From NCBI GenBank assembly GCA_964057225.1, contig OZ059899.1, forward strand, positions 372,001 through 436,000: DNA of 64,000 nucleotides, in the 5' to 3' direction. The position numbers and the translations under genes are program-made. Below the pieces are notes generated by a model that saw only the letters and a program-made list of their open reading frames with translations, did no database searches and was not told where the DNA came from. This document shows positions 43,801 through 58,200 of the stretch, piece after piece (the stretch's first letter is position 1; each line of letters starts with the position of its first letter). This DNA is from Auanema rhodensis (lineage: Eukaryota > Animalia > Nematoda).

Positions 43801-46800
43801 ACATACCAAGTGCACATCACGTGTACATTTAATTAGCATAAATTAAAGTTCACGTAAATTTCAAAGTCATGGTTACCATGAACCAATAACAATAAAAATT
43901 TATTTTTAGACTAATATGGACATGGGGAATCTAATTTTGAAAACCGCATCTCTTTATCTTTCACGTGAAGCGAGTTACATACCAAGTGCACATCACGTGT
44001 ACATTTAATTAGCATAAATTAAAGTTCACGTAAATTTCAAAGTCATGGTTACCATGCACAAATATCAATAAAATTTTGTTTTTAGACTAATATGGACATG
44101 GGGAATCTAATTTTGAAAACCGCATCTCTTTATCTTTCACGTGAAGCGAGTTACATACCAAGTGCACATCACGTGTACATTTAATTAGCATAAATTAAAG
44201 TTCACGTAAATTTCAAAGTCATGGTTACCATGAACCAATAACAATAAAAATTTATTTTTAGACTAATATGGACATGGGGAATCTAATTTTGAAAACCGCA
44301 TCTCTTTATCTTTCACGTGAAGCGAGTTACATACCAAGTGCACATCACGTGTACATTTAATTAGCATAAATTAAAGTTCACGTAAATTTCAAAGTCATGG
44401 TTACCATGCACAAATATCAATAAAATTTTGTTTTTAGACTAATATGGACATGGGGAATCTAATTTTGAAAACCGCATCTCTTTATCTTTCACGTGAAGCG
44501 AGTTACATACCAAGTGCACATCACGTGTACATTTAATTAGCATAAATTAAAGTTCACGTAAATTTCAAAGTCATGGTTACCATGCACCAATATCAATAAA
44601 AATTTGTTTTTTGACTAATATGGACATGGGGAATCTAATTTTGAAAACCGCATCTCTTTATCTTTCACGTGAAGCGAGTTACATACCAAGTGCACATCAC
44701 GTGTACATTTAATTAGCATAAATTAAAGTTCACGTAAATTTCAAAGTCATGGTTACCATGAACCAATATCAATAAAAATTTGTTTTTAGACTAATATGGA
44801 CATGGGGAATCTAATTTTGAAAACCGCATCTCTTTATCTTTCACGTGAAGCGAGTTACATACCAAGTGCACATCACGTGTACATTTAATTAGCATAAATT
44901 AAAGTTCACGTAAATTTCAAAGTCATGGTTACCATGCACCAATATCAATAAAAATTTGTTTTTAGACTAATATGGACATGGGGAATCTAATTTTGGAAAC
45001 CGCATCTCTTTATCTTTCACGTGAAGCGAGTTACATACCAAGTGCACATCACGTGTACATTTAATTAGCATAAATTGAAGTTCACGTAAATTTCAAAGTC
45101 ATGGTTACCATGAACCAATATCAATAAAAATTTGTTTTTAGACTAATATGGACATGGGGTATCTAATTTTGAAAACCGCATCTCTTTATCTTTCACGTGA
45201 AGCGAGTTACATACCAAGTGCACATCACGTGTACATTTAATTAGCATAAATTAAAGTTCACGTAAATTTCAAAGTCATGGTTACCATGAACCAATATCAA
45301 TAAAAATTTGTTTTTAGACTAATATGGACATGGGGAATCTAATTTTGAAAACCGCATCTCTTTATCTTTTACGTGAAGCGAGTTACATACCAAGGGCACA
45401 TCACGTGTACATTTAATTAGCATAAATTAAAGTTCACGTAAATTTCAAAGTCATGGTTACCATGCACCAATATCAATAAAAATTTGTTTTTAGACTAATA
45501 TGGACATGGGGAATCTAATTTTGAAAACCGCATCTTTTTATCTTTCACGTGAAGCGAGTTACATACCAAGTGCACATCACGTGTACATTTAATTAGCATA
45601 AATTAAAGTTCACGTAAATTTCAAAGTCATGGTTACCATGCACCAATATCAATAAAAATTTGTTTTTAGACTAATATGGACATGGGGAATCTAATTTTGA
45701 AAACCGCATCTCTTTATCTTTCACGTGAAGCGAGTTACATACCAAGGGCACATCACGTGTACATTTAATTAGCATAAATTAAAGTTCACGTAAATTTCAA
45801 AGTCATGGTTACCATGCACCAATATCAATAAAAATTTGTTTTTAGACTAATATGGACATGGGGAATCTAATTTTGAAAACCGCATCTCTTTATCTTTCAC
45901 GTGAAGCGAGTTACATACTAAGTGCACATCACGTGTACATTTAATTAGCATAAATTGAAGTTCACGTAAATTTCAAAGTCATGGTTACCATGAACCAATA
46001 TCAATAAAAATTTGTTTTTAGACTAATATGGACATGGGGTATCTAATTTTGAAAACCGCATCTCTTTATCTTTCACGTGAAGCGAGTTACATACCAAGGG
46101 CACATCACGTGTACATTTAATTAGCATAAATTAAAGTTCACGTAAATTTCAAAGTCATGGTTACCATGCACCAATATCAATAAAAATTTGTTTTTAGACT
46201 AATATGGACATGGGGAATCTAATTTTGAAAACCGCATCTCTTTATCTTTCACGTGAAGCGAGTTACATACTAAGTGCACATCACGTGTACATTTAATTAG
46301 CATAAATTGAAGTTCACGTAAATTTCAAAGTCATGGTTACCATGAACCAATATCAATAAAAATTTGTTTTTAGACTAATATGGACATGGGGTATCTAATT
46401 TTGAAAACCGCATCTCTTTATCTTTCACGTGAAGCGAGTTACATACCAAGTGCACATCACGTGTACATTTAATTAGCATAAATTAAAGTTCACGTAAATT
46501 TCAAAGTCATGGTTACCATGAACCAATATCAATAAAAATTTTTTTTTAGACTAATATGGACATGGGGAATCTAATTTTGAAAACCGCATCTCTTTATCTT
46601 TCACGTGAAGCGAGTTACATACCAAGTGCACATCACGTGTACATTTAATTAGCATAAATTAAAGTTCACGTAAATTTCAAAGTCATGGTTACCATGCACA
46701 AATATCAATAAAAATTTGTTTTTAGACTAATATGGACATGGGGAATCTAATTTTGAAAACCGCATCTCTTTATCTTTCACGTGAAGCGAGTTACATACCA

Positions 46801-47696
46801 AGTGCACATCACGTGTACATTTAATTAGCATAAATTGAAGTTCACGTAAATTTCAAAGTCATGGTTACCATGAACCAATATCAATAAAAATTTGTTTTTA
46901 GACTAATATGGACATGGGGAATCTAATTTTGAAAACCGCATCTCTTTATCTTTCACGTGAAGCGAGTTACATACCAAGGGCACATCACGTGTACATTTAA
47001 TTAGCATAAATTAAAGTTCACGTAAATTTCAAAGTCATGGTTACCATGCACCAATATCAATAAAAATTTGTTTTTAGACTAATATGGACATGGGGAATCT
47101 AATTTTGAAAACCGCATCTCTTTATCTTTCACGTGAAGCGAGTTACATACCAAGGGCACATCACGTGTACATTTAATTAGCATAAATTAAAGTTCACGTA
47201 AATTTCAAAGTCATGGTTACCATGCACCAATATCAATAAAAATTTGTTTTTAGACTAATATGGACATGGGGAATCTAATTTTGAAAACCGCATCTCTTTA
47301 TCTTTCACGTGAAGCGAGTTACATACCAAGTGCACATCACGTGTACATTTAATTAGCATAAATTAAAGTTCACGTAAATTTCAAAGTCATGGTTACCATG
47401 CACCAATATCAATAAAAATTTGTTTTTAGACTAATATGGACATGGGGAATCTAATTTTGAAAACCGCATCTCTTTATCTTTCACGTGAAGCGAGTTACAT
47501 ACCAAGGGCACATCACGTGTACATTTAATTAGCATAAATTAAAGTTCACGTAAATTTCAAAGTCATGGTTACCATGCACCAATATCAATAAAAATTTGTT
47601 TTTAGACTAATATGGACATGGGGAATCTAATTTTGAAAACCGCATCTCTTTATCTTTCACGTGAAGCGAGTTACATACCAAGGGCACATCACGTGT

Positions 47697-50600
47697 ACAT
47701 TTAATTAGCATAAATTAAAGTTCACGTAAATTTCAAAGTCATGGTTACCATGCACCAATATCAATAAAAATTTGTTTTTAGACTAATATGGACATGGGGA
47801 ATCTAATTTTGGAAACCGAATCTCTTTATCTTTCACGTGAAGCGAGTTACATTCCAAGTGCACATCACGTGTACATTTAATTAGCATAAATTAAAGTTCA
47901 CGTAAATTTCAAAGTCATGGTTACCATGCACCAATATCAATAAAAATTTGTTTTTAGACTAATATGGACATGGGGAATCTAATTTTGAAAACCGCATCTC
48001 TTTATCTTTCACGTGAAGCGAGTTACATACCAAGGGCACATCACGTGTACATTTAATTAGCATAAATTAAAGTTCACGTAAATTTCAAAGTCATGGTTAC
48101 CATGCACCAATATCAATAAAAATTTGTTTTTAGACTAATATGGACATGGGGAATCTAATTTTGAAAACCGCATCTCTTTATCTTTCACGTGAAGCGAGTT
48201 ACATACCAAGGGCACATCACGTGTACATTTAATTAGCATAAATTAAAGTTCACGTAAATTTCAAAGTCATGGTTACCATGCACCAATATCAATAAAAATT
48301 TGTTTTTAGACTAATATGGACATGGGGAATCTAATTTTGAAAACCGCATCTCTTTATCTTTCACGTGAAGCGAGTTACATACCAAGTGCACATCTCGTGT
48401 ACATTTAATTAGCATAAATTAAAGTTCACGTAAATTTCAAAGTCATGGTTACCATGAACCAATATCAATGAATATTTGTTTTTAGACTAATATGGACATG
48501 GGGAATCTAATTTTGAAAACCGCATCTCTTTATCTCTCACGTGAAGCGAGTTACATACCAAGGGCACATCACGTGTACATTTAATTAGCATAAATTGAAG
48601 TTCACGTAAATTTCAAAGTCATGGTTACCATGAACCAATATCAATAAAAATTTGTTTTTAGACTAATATGGACATGGGGAATCTAATTTTGAAAACCGCA
48701 TCTCTTTATCTTTCACGTGAAGCGAGTTACATACCAAGTGCACATCACGTGTACATTTAATTAGCATAAATTAAAGTTCACGTAAATTTCAAAGTCATGG
48801 TTACCATGAACCAATATCAATAAAAATTTGTTTTTAGACTAATATGGACATGGGGAATCTAATTTTGAAAACCGCATCTCTTTATCTTTCACGTGAAGCG
48901 AGTTACATACCAAGTGCACATCACGTGTACATTTAATTAGCATAAATTAAAGTTCACGTAAATTTCAAAGTCATGGTTACCATGCACAAATATCAATAAA
49001 AATTTGTTTTTAGACTAATATGGACATGGGGAATCTAATTTTGAAAACCGCATCTCTTTATCTTTCACGTGAAGCGAGTTACATACCAAGTGCACATCAC
49101 GTGTACATTTAATTAGCATAAATTGAAGTTCACGTAAATTTCAAAGTCATGGTTACCATGAACCAATATCAATAAAAATTTGTTTTTAGACTAATATGGA
49201 CATGGGGAATCTAATTTTGAAAACCGCATCTCTTTATCTTTCACGTGAAGCGAGTTACATACCAAGGGCACATCACGTGTACATTTAATTAGCATAAATT
49301 AAAGTTCACGTAAATTTCAAAGTCATGGTTACCATGCACCAATATCAATAAAAATTTGTTTTTAGACTAATATGGACATGGGGAATCTAATTTTGAAAAC
49401 CGCATCTCTTTATCTTTCACGTGAAGCGAGTTACATACCAAGTGCACATCACGTGTACATTTAATTAGCATAAATTAAAGTTCACGTAAATTTCAAAGTC
49501 ATGGTTACCATGAACCAATATCAATAAAAATTTGTTTTTAGACTAATATGGACATGGGGAATCTAATTCTGAAAACCGCATCTCTTTATCTTTCACGTGA
49601 AGCGAGTTACATACCAAGTGCACATCACGTGTACATTTAATTAGCATAAATTAAAGTTCACGTAAATTTCAAAGTCATGGTTACCATGCACCAATATCAA
49701 TAAAAATTTGTTTTTAGACTAATATGGACATGGGGAATCTAATTTTGAAAACCGCATCTCTTTATCTTTCACGTGAAGCGAGTTACATACCAAGGGCACA
49801 TCACGTGTACATTTAATTAGCATAAATTAAAGTTCACGTAAATTTCAAAGTCATGGTTACCATGCACCAATATCAATAAAAATTTGTTTTTAGACTAATA
49901 TGGACATGGGGAATCTAATTTTGAAAACCGCATCTCTTTATCTTTCACGTGAAGCGAGTTACATACCAAGTGCACATCACGTGTACATTTAATTAGCATA
50001 AATTAAAGTTCACGTAAATTTCAAAGTCATGGTTACCATGCACCAATATCAATAAAAATTTGTTTTTAGACTAATATGGACATGGGGAATCTAATTTTGA
50101 AAACCGCATCTCTTTATCTTTCACGTGAAGCGAGTTACATACCAAGGGCACATCACGTGTACATTTAATTAGCATAAATTAAAGTTCACGTAAATTTCAA
50201 AGTCATGGTTACCATGCACCAATATCAATAAAAATTTGTTTTTAGACTAATATGGACATGGGGAATCTAATTTTGAAAACCGCATCTCTTTATCTTTCAC
50301 GTGAAGCGAGTTACATACCAAGGGCACATCACGTGTACATTTAATTAGCATAAATTAAAGTTCACGTAAATTTCAAAGTCATGGTTACCATGCACCAATA
50401 TCAATAAAAATTTGTTTTTAGACTAATATGGACATGGGGAATCTAATTTTGAAAACCGCATCTCTTTATCTTTCACGTGAAGCGAGTTACATACCAAGGG
50501 CACATCACGTGTACATTTAATTAGCATAAATTAAAGTTCACGTAAATTTCAAAGTCATGGTTACCATGCACCAATATCAATAAAAATTTGTTTTTAGACT

Positions 50601-53152
50601 AATATGGACATGGGGAATCTAATTTTGGAAACCGAATCTCTTTATCTTTCACGTGAAGCGAGTTACATACCAAGTGCACATCACGTGTACATTTAATTAG
50701 CATAAATTAAAGTTCACGTAAATTTCAAAGTCATGGTTACCATGCACCAATATCAATAAAAATTTGTTTTTAGACTAATATGGACATGGGGAATCTAATT
50801 TTGGAAACCGAATCTCTTTATCTTTCACGTGAAGCGAGTTACATACCAAGTGCACATCACGTGTACATTTAATTAGCATAAATTAAAGTTCACGTAAATT
50901 TCAAAGTCATGGTTACCATGCACCAATATCAATAAAAATTTGTTTTTAGACTAATATGGACATGGGGAATCTAATTTTGAAAACCGCATCTCTTTATCTT
51001 TCACGTGAAGCGAGTTACATACCAAGGGCACATCACGTGTACATTTAATTAGCATAAATTAAAGTTCACGTAAATTTCAAAGTCATGGTTACCATGCACC
51101 AATATCAATAAAAATTTGTTTTTAGACTAATATGGACATGGGGAATCTAATTTTGAAAACCGCATCTCTTTATCTTTCACGTGAAGCGAGTTACATACCA
51201 AGGGCACATCACGTGTACATTTAATTAGCATAAATTAAAGTTCACGTAAATTTCAAAGTCATGGTTACCATGCACCAATATCAATAAAAATTTGTTTTTA
51301 GACTAATATGGACATGGGGAATCTAATTTTGAAAACCGCATCTCTTTATCTTTCACGTGAAGCGAGTTACATACCAAGTGCACATCTCGTGTACATTTAA
51401 TTAGCATAAATTAAAGTTCACGTAAATTTCAAAGTCATGGTTACCATGAACCAATATCAATGAATATTTGTTTTTAGACTAATATGGACATGGGGAATCT
51501 AATTTTGAAAACCGCATCTCTTTATCTCTCACGTGAAGCGAGTTACATACCAAGGGCACATCACGTGTACATTTAATTAGCATAAATTGAAGTTCACGTA
51601 AATTTCAAAGTCATGGTTACCATGAACCAATATCAATAAAAATTTGTTTTTAGACTAATATGGACATGGGGAATCTAATTTTGAAAACCGCATCTCTTTA
51701 TCTTTCACGTGAAGCGAGTTACATACCAAGTGCACATCACGTGTACATTTAATTAGCATAAATTAAAGTTCACGTAAATTTCAAAGTCATGGTTACCATG
51801 AACCAATATCAATAAAAATTTGTTTTTAGACTAATATGGACATGGGGAATCTAATTTTGAAAACCGCATCTCTTTATCTTTCACGTGAAGCGAGTTACAT
51901 ACCAAGTGCACATCACGTGTACATTTAATTAGCATAAATTAAAGTTCACGTAAATTTCAAAGTCATGGTTACCATGCACAAATATCAATAAAAATTTGTT
52001 TTTAGACTAATATGGACATGGGGAATCTAATTTTGAAAACCGCATCTCTTTATCTTTCACGTGAAGCGAGTTACATACCAAGTGCACATCACGTGTACAT
52101 TTAATTAGCATAAATTGAAGTTCACGTAAATTTCAAAGTCATGGTTACCATGAACCAATATCAATAAAAATTTGTTTTTAGACTAATATGGACATGGGGA
52201 ATCTAATTTTGAAAACCGCATCTCTTTATCTTTCACGTGAAGCGAGTTACATACCAAGGGCACATCACGTGTACATTTAATTAGCATAAATTAAAGTTCA
52301 CGTAAATTTCAAAGTCATGGTTACCATGCACCAATATCAATAAAAATTTGTTTTTAGACTAATATGGACATGGGGAATCTAATTTTGAAAACCGCATCTC
52401 TTTATCTTTCACGTGAAGCGAGTTACATACCAAGTGCACATCACGTGTACATTTAATTAGCATAAATTAAAGTTCACGTAAATTTCAAAGTCATGGTTAC
52501 CATGAACCAATATCAATAAAAATTTGTTTTTAGACTAATATGGACATGGGGAATCTAATTCTGAAAACCGCATCTCTTTATCTTTCACGTGAAGCGAGTT
52601 ACATACCAAGTGCACATCACGTGTACATTTAATTAGCATAAATTAAAGTTCACGTAAATTTCAAAGTCATGGTTACCATGCACCAATATCAATAAAAATT
52701 TGTTTTTAGACTAATATGGACATGGGGAATCTAATTTTGAAAACCGCATCTCTTTATCTTTCACGTGAAGCGAGTTACATACCAAGGGCACATCACGTGT
52801 ACATTTAATTAGCATAAATTAAAGTTCACGTAAATTTCAAAGTCATGGTTACCATGCACCAATATCAATAAAAATTTGTTTTTAGACTAATATGGACATG
52901 GGGAATCTAATTTTGAAAACCGCATCTCTTTATCTTTCACGTGAAGCGAGTTACATACCAAGTGCACATCACGTGTACATTTAATTAGCATAAATTAAAG
53001 TTCACGTAAATTTCAAAGTCATGGTTACCATGCACCAATATCAATAAAAATTTGTTTTTAGACTAATATGGACATGGGGAATCTAATTTTGAAAACCGCA
53101 TCTCTTTATCTTTCACGTGAAGCGAGTTACATACCAAGGGCACATCACGTGT
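47697..53152. repeat. 17-mer (2992 bp) higher-order repeat: M272-M285 repeated as M289-M302
   Basis: 113C at 49569 and 52561, 171T in M275/M292, 70G+73T in M276/M293 and 60A in M279/M296. Confidence 0.85.
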
Positions 53153-55264
53153 ACATTTAATTAGCATAAATTAAAGTTCACGTAAATTTCAAAGTCATGG
53201 TTACCATGCACCAATATCAATAAAAATTTGTTTTTAGACTAATATGGACATGGGGAATCTAATTTTGGAAACCGAATCTCTTTATCTTTCACGTGAAGCG
53301 AGTTACATACCAAGTGCACATCACGTGTACATTTAATTAGCATAAATTAAAGTTCACGTAAATTTCAAAGTCATGGTTACCATGCACCAATATCAATAAA
53401 AATTTGTTTTTAGACTAATATGGACATGGGGAATCTAATTTTGAAAACCGCATCTCTTTATCTCTCACGTGAAGCGAGTTACATACCAAGGGCACATCAC
53501 GTGTACATTTAATTAGCATAAATTGAAGTTCACGTAAATTTCAAAGTCATGGTTACCATGAACCAATATCAATAAAAATTTGTTTTTAGACTAATATGGA
53601 CATGGGGAATCTAATTTTGAAAACCGCATCTCTTTATCTTTCACGTGAAGCGAGTTACATACCAAGGGCACATCACGTGTACATTTAATTAGCATAAATT
53701 AAAGTTCACGTAAATTTCAAAGTCATGGTTACCATGCACCAATATCAATAAAAATTTGTTTTTAGACTAATATGGACATGGGGAATCTAATTTTGAAAAC
53801 CGCATCTCTTTATCTTTCACGTGAAGCGAGTTACATACCAAGTGCACATCACGTGTACATTTAATTAGCATAAATTAAAGTTCACGTAAATTTCAAAGTC
53901 ATGGTTACCATGCACCAATATCAATAAAAATTTGTTTTTAGACTAATATGGACATGGGGAATCTAATTTTGAAAACCGCATCTCTTTATCTTTCACGTGA
54001 AGCGAGTTACATACCAAGGGCACATCACGTGTACATTTAATTAGCATAAATTAAAGTTCACGTAAATTTCAAAGTCATGGTTACCATGCACCAATATCAA
54101 TAAAAATTTGTTTTTAGACTAATATGGACATGGGGAATCTAATTTTGAAAACCGCATCTCTTTATCTTTCACGTGAAGCGAGTTACATACCAAGGGCACA
54201 TCACGTGTACATTTAATTAGCATAAATTAAAGTTCACGTAAATTTCAAAGTCATGGTTACCATGCACCAATATCAATAAAAATTTGTTTTTAGACTAATA
54301 TGGACATGGGGAATCTAATTTTGGAAACCGAATCTCTTTATCTTTCACGTGAAGCGAGTTACATACCAAGTGCACATCACGTGTACATTTAATTAGCATA
54401 AATTAAAGTTCACGTAAATTTCAAAGTCATGGTTACCATGCACCAATATCAATGAAAATTTGTTTTTAGACTAATATGGACATGGGGAATCTAATTTTGA
54501 AAACCGCATCTCTTTATCTCTCACGTGAAGCGAGTTACATACCAAGGGCACATCACGTGTACATTTAATTAGCATAAATTGAAGTTCACGTAAATTTCAA
54601 AGTCATGGTTACCATGAACCAATATCAATAAAAATTTGTTTTTAGACTAATATGGACATGGGGAATCTAATTTTGAAAACCGCATCTCTTTATCTTTCAC
54701 GTGAAGCGAGTTACATACCAAGTGCACATCACGTGTACATTTAATTAGCATAAATTAAAGTTCACGTAAATTTCAAAGTCATGGTTACCATGAACCAATA
54801 TCAATAAAAATTTGTTTTTAGACTAATATGGACATGGGGAATCTAATTTTGAAAACCGCATCTCTTTATCTTTCACGTGAAGCGAGTTACATACCAAGTG
54901 CACATCACGTGTACATTTAATTAGCATAAATTAAAGTTCACGTGAATTTCAAAGTCATGGTTACCATGCACAAATATCAATAAAAATTTGTTTTTAGACT
55001 AATATGGACATGAGGAATCTAATTTTGAAAACCGCATCTCTTTATCTTTCACGTGAAGCGAGTTACATACCAAGTGCACATCACGTGTACATTTAATTAG
55101 CATAAATTGAAGTTCACGTAAATTTCAAAGTCATGGTTACCATGAACCAATATCAATAAAAATTTGTTTTTAGACTAATATGGACATGGGGAATCTAATT
55201 TTGAAAACCGCATCTCTTTATCTTTCACGTGAAGCGAGTTACATACCAAGGGCACATCACGTGT

Positions 55265-58200
55265 ACATTTAATTAGCATAAATTAAAGTTCACGTAAATT
55301 TCAAAGTCATGGTTACCATGCACCAATATCAATAAAAATTTGTTTTTAGACTAATATGGACATGGGGAATCTAATTTTGAAAACCGCATCTCTTTATCTT
55401 TCACGTGAAGCGAGTTACATACCAAGTGCACATCACGTGTACATTTAATTAGCATAAATTAAAGTTCACGTAAATTTCAAAGTCATGGTTACCATGAACC
55501 AATATCAATAAAAATTTGTTTTTAGACTAATATGGACATGGGGAATCTAATTTTGAAAACCGCATCTCTTTATCTTTCACGTGAAGCGAGTTACATACCA
55601 AGTGCACATCACGTGTACATTTAATTAGCATAAATTAAAGTTCACGTAAATTTCAAAGTCATGGTTACCATGCACCAATATCAATAAAAATTTGTTTTTA
55701 GACTAATATGGACATGGGGAATCTAATTTTGAAAACCGCATCTCTTTATCTTTCACGTGAAGCGAGTTACATACCAAGGGCACATCACGTGTACATTTAA
55801 TTAGCATAAATTAAAGTTCACGTAAATTTCAAAGTCATGGTTACCATGCACCAATATCAATAAAAATTTGTTTTTAGACTAATATGGACATGGGGAATCT
55901 AATTTTGAAAACCGCATCTCTTTATCTTTCACGTGAAGCGAGTTACATACCAAGTGCACATCACGTGTACATTTAATTAGCATAAATTAAAGTTCACGTA
56001 AATTTCAAAGTCATGGTTACCATGCACCAATATCAATAAAAATTTGTTTTTAGACTAATATGGACATGGGGAATCTAATTTTGAAAACCGCATCTCTTTA
56101 TCTTTCACGTGAAGCGAGTTACATACCAAGGGCACATCACGTGTACATTTAATTAGCATAAATTAAAGTTCACGTAAATTTCAAAGTCATGGTTACCATG
56201 CACCAATATCAATAAAAATTTGTTTTTAGACTAATATGGACATGGGGAATCTAATTTTGAAAACCGCATCTCTTTATCTTTCACGTGAAGCGAGTTACAT
56301 ACCAAGGGCACATCACGTGTACATTTAATTAGCATAAATTAAAGTTCACGTAAATTTCAAAGTCATGGTTACCATGCACCAATATCAATAAAAATTTGTT
56401 TTTAGACTAATATGGACATGGGGAATCTAATTTTGGAAACCGAATCTCTTTATCTTTCACGTGAAGCGAGTTACATACCAAGTGCACATCACGTGTACAT
56501 TTAATTAGCATAAATTAAAGTTCACGTAAATTTCAAAGTCATGGTTACCATGCACCAATATCAATAAAAATTTGTTTTTAGACTAATATGGACATGGGGA
56601 ATCTAATTTTGAAAACCGCATCTCTTTATCTCTCACGTGAAGCGAGTTACATACCAAGGGCACATCACGTGTACATTTAATTAGCATAAATTGAAGTTCA
56701 CGTAAATTTCAAAGTCATGGTTACCATGAACCAATATCAATAAAAATTTGTTTTTAGACTAATATGGACATGGGGAATCTAATTTTGAAAACCGCATCTC
56801 TTTATCTTTCACGTGAAGCGAGTTACATACCAAGTGCACATCACGTGTACATTTAATTAGCATAAATTAAAGTTCACGTAAATTTCAAAGTCATGGTTAC
56901 CATGAACCAATATCAATAAAAATTTGTTTTTAGACTAATATGGACATGGGGAATCTAATTTTGAAAACCGCATCTCTTTATCTTTCACGTGAAGCGAGTT
57001 ACATACCAAGTGCACATCACGTGTACATTTAATTAGCATAAATTAAAGTTCACGTGAATTTCAAAGTCATGGTTACCATGCACAAATATCAATAAAAATT
57101 TGTTTTTAGACTAATATGGACATGGGGAATCTAATTTTGAAAACCGCATCTCTTTATCTTTCACGTGAAGCGAGTTACATACCAAGGGCACATCACGTGT
57201 ACATTTAATTAGCATAAATTAAAGTTCACGTAAATTTCAAAGTCATGGTTACCATGCACCAATATCAATAAAAATTTGTTTTTAGACTAATATGGACATG
57301 GGGAATCTAATTTTGAAAACCGCATCTCTTTATCTTTCACGTGAAGCGAGTTACATACCAAGGGCACATCACGTGTACATTTAATTAGCATAAATTAAAG
57401 TTCACGTAAATTTCAAAGTCATGGTTACCATGCACCAATATCAATAAAAATTTGTTTTTAGACTAATATGGACATGGGGAATCTAATTTTGAAAACCGCA
57501 TCTCTTTATCTTTCACGTGAAGCGAGTTACATACCAAGGGCACATCACGTGTACATTTAATTAGCATAAATTAAAGTTCACGTGAATTTCAAAGTCATGG
57601 TTACCATGCACAAATATCAATAAAAATTTGTTTTTAGACTAATATGGACATGGGGAATCTAATTTTGAAAACCGCATCTCTTTATCTTTCACGTGAAGCG
57701 AGTTACATACCAAGGGCACATCACGTGTACATTTAATTAGCATAAATTAAAGTTCACGTAAATTTCAAAGTCATGGTTACCATGCACCAATATCAATAAA
57801 AATTTGTTTTTAGACTAATATGGACATGGGGAATCTAATTTTGAAAACCGCATCTCTTTATCTTTCACGTGAAGCGAGTTACATACCAAGTGCACATCAC
57901 GTGTACATTTAATTAGCATAAATTAAAGTTCACGTAAATTTCAAAGTCATGGTTACCATGCACCAATATCAATAAAAATTTGTTTTTAGACTAATATGGA
58001 CATGGGGAATCTAATTTTGAAAACCGCATCTCTTTATCTTTCACGTGAAGCGAGTTACATACCAAGGGCACATCACGTGTACATTTAATTAGCATAAATT
58101 AAAGTTCACGTAAATTTCAAAGTCATGGTTACCATGCACCAATATCAATAAAAATTTGTTTTTAGACTAATATGGACATGGGGAATCTAATTTTGAAAAC

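Larger units (their letters stand above)
22705..44704. repeat. Satellite domain B (central): monomers marked by 84T, 107T, 48A and 172A
   Basis: TTTTTTGACT (84T) is seen only from 22964 to 44612. GAATTTAA (107T), CATGATT (48A) and CATCAAGTG (172A) are confined here. 123A is absent, and 163G is absent from 22164 to 34130. Confidence 0.85.
30449..44880. repeat. Large ~7.6-7.7 kb (43/44-monomer) tandem segmental duplication: M174-M211 repeated as M217-M255
   Basis: 172A at 31852/33260 recurs at 39420/40828 (+7568). 52G at 34196 recurs at 41940, 84T+117G at 35317 recurs at 43061, and the 65A/78A dimer pair at 36081 recurs at 43825 (all +7744). Confidence 0.9.
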
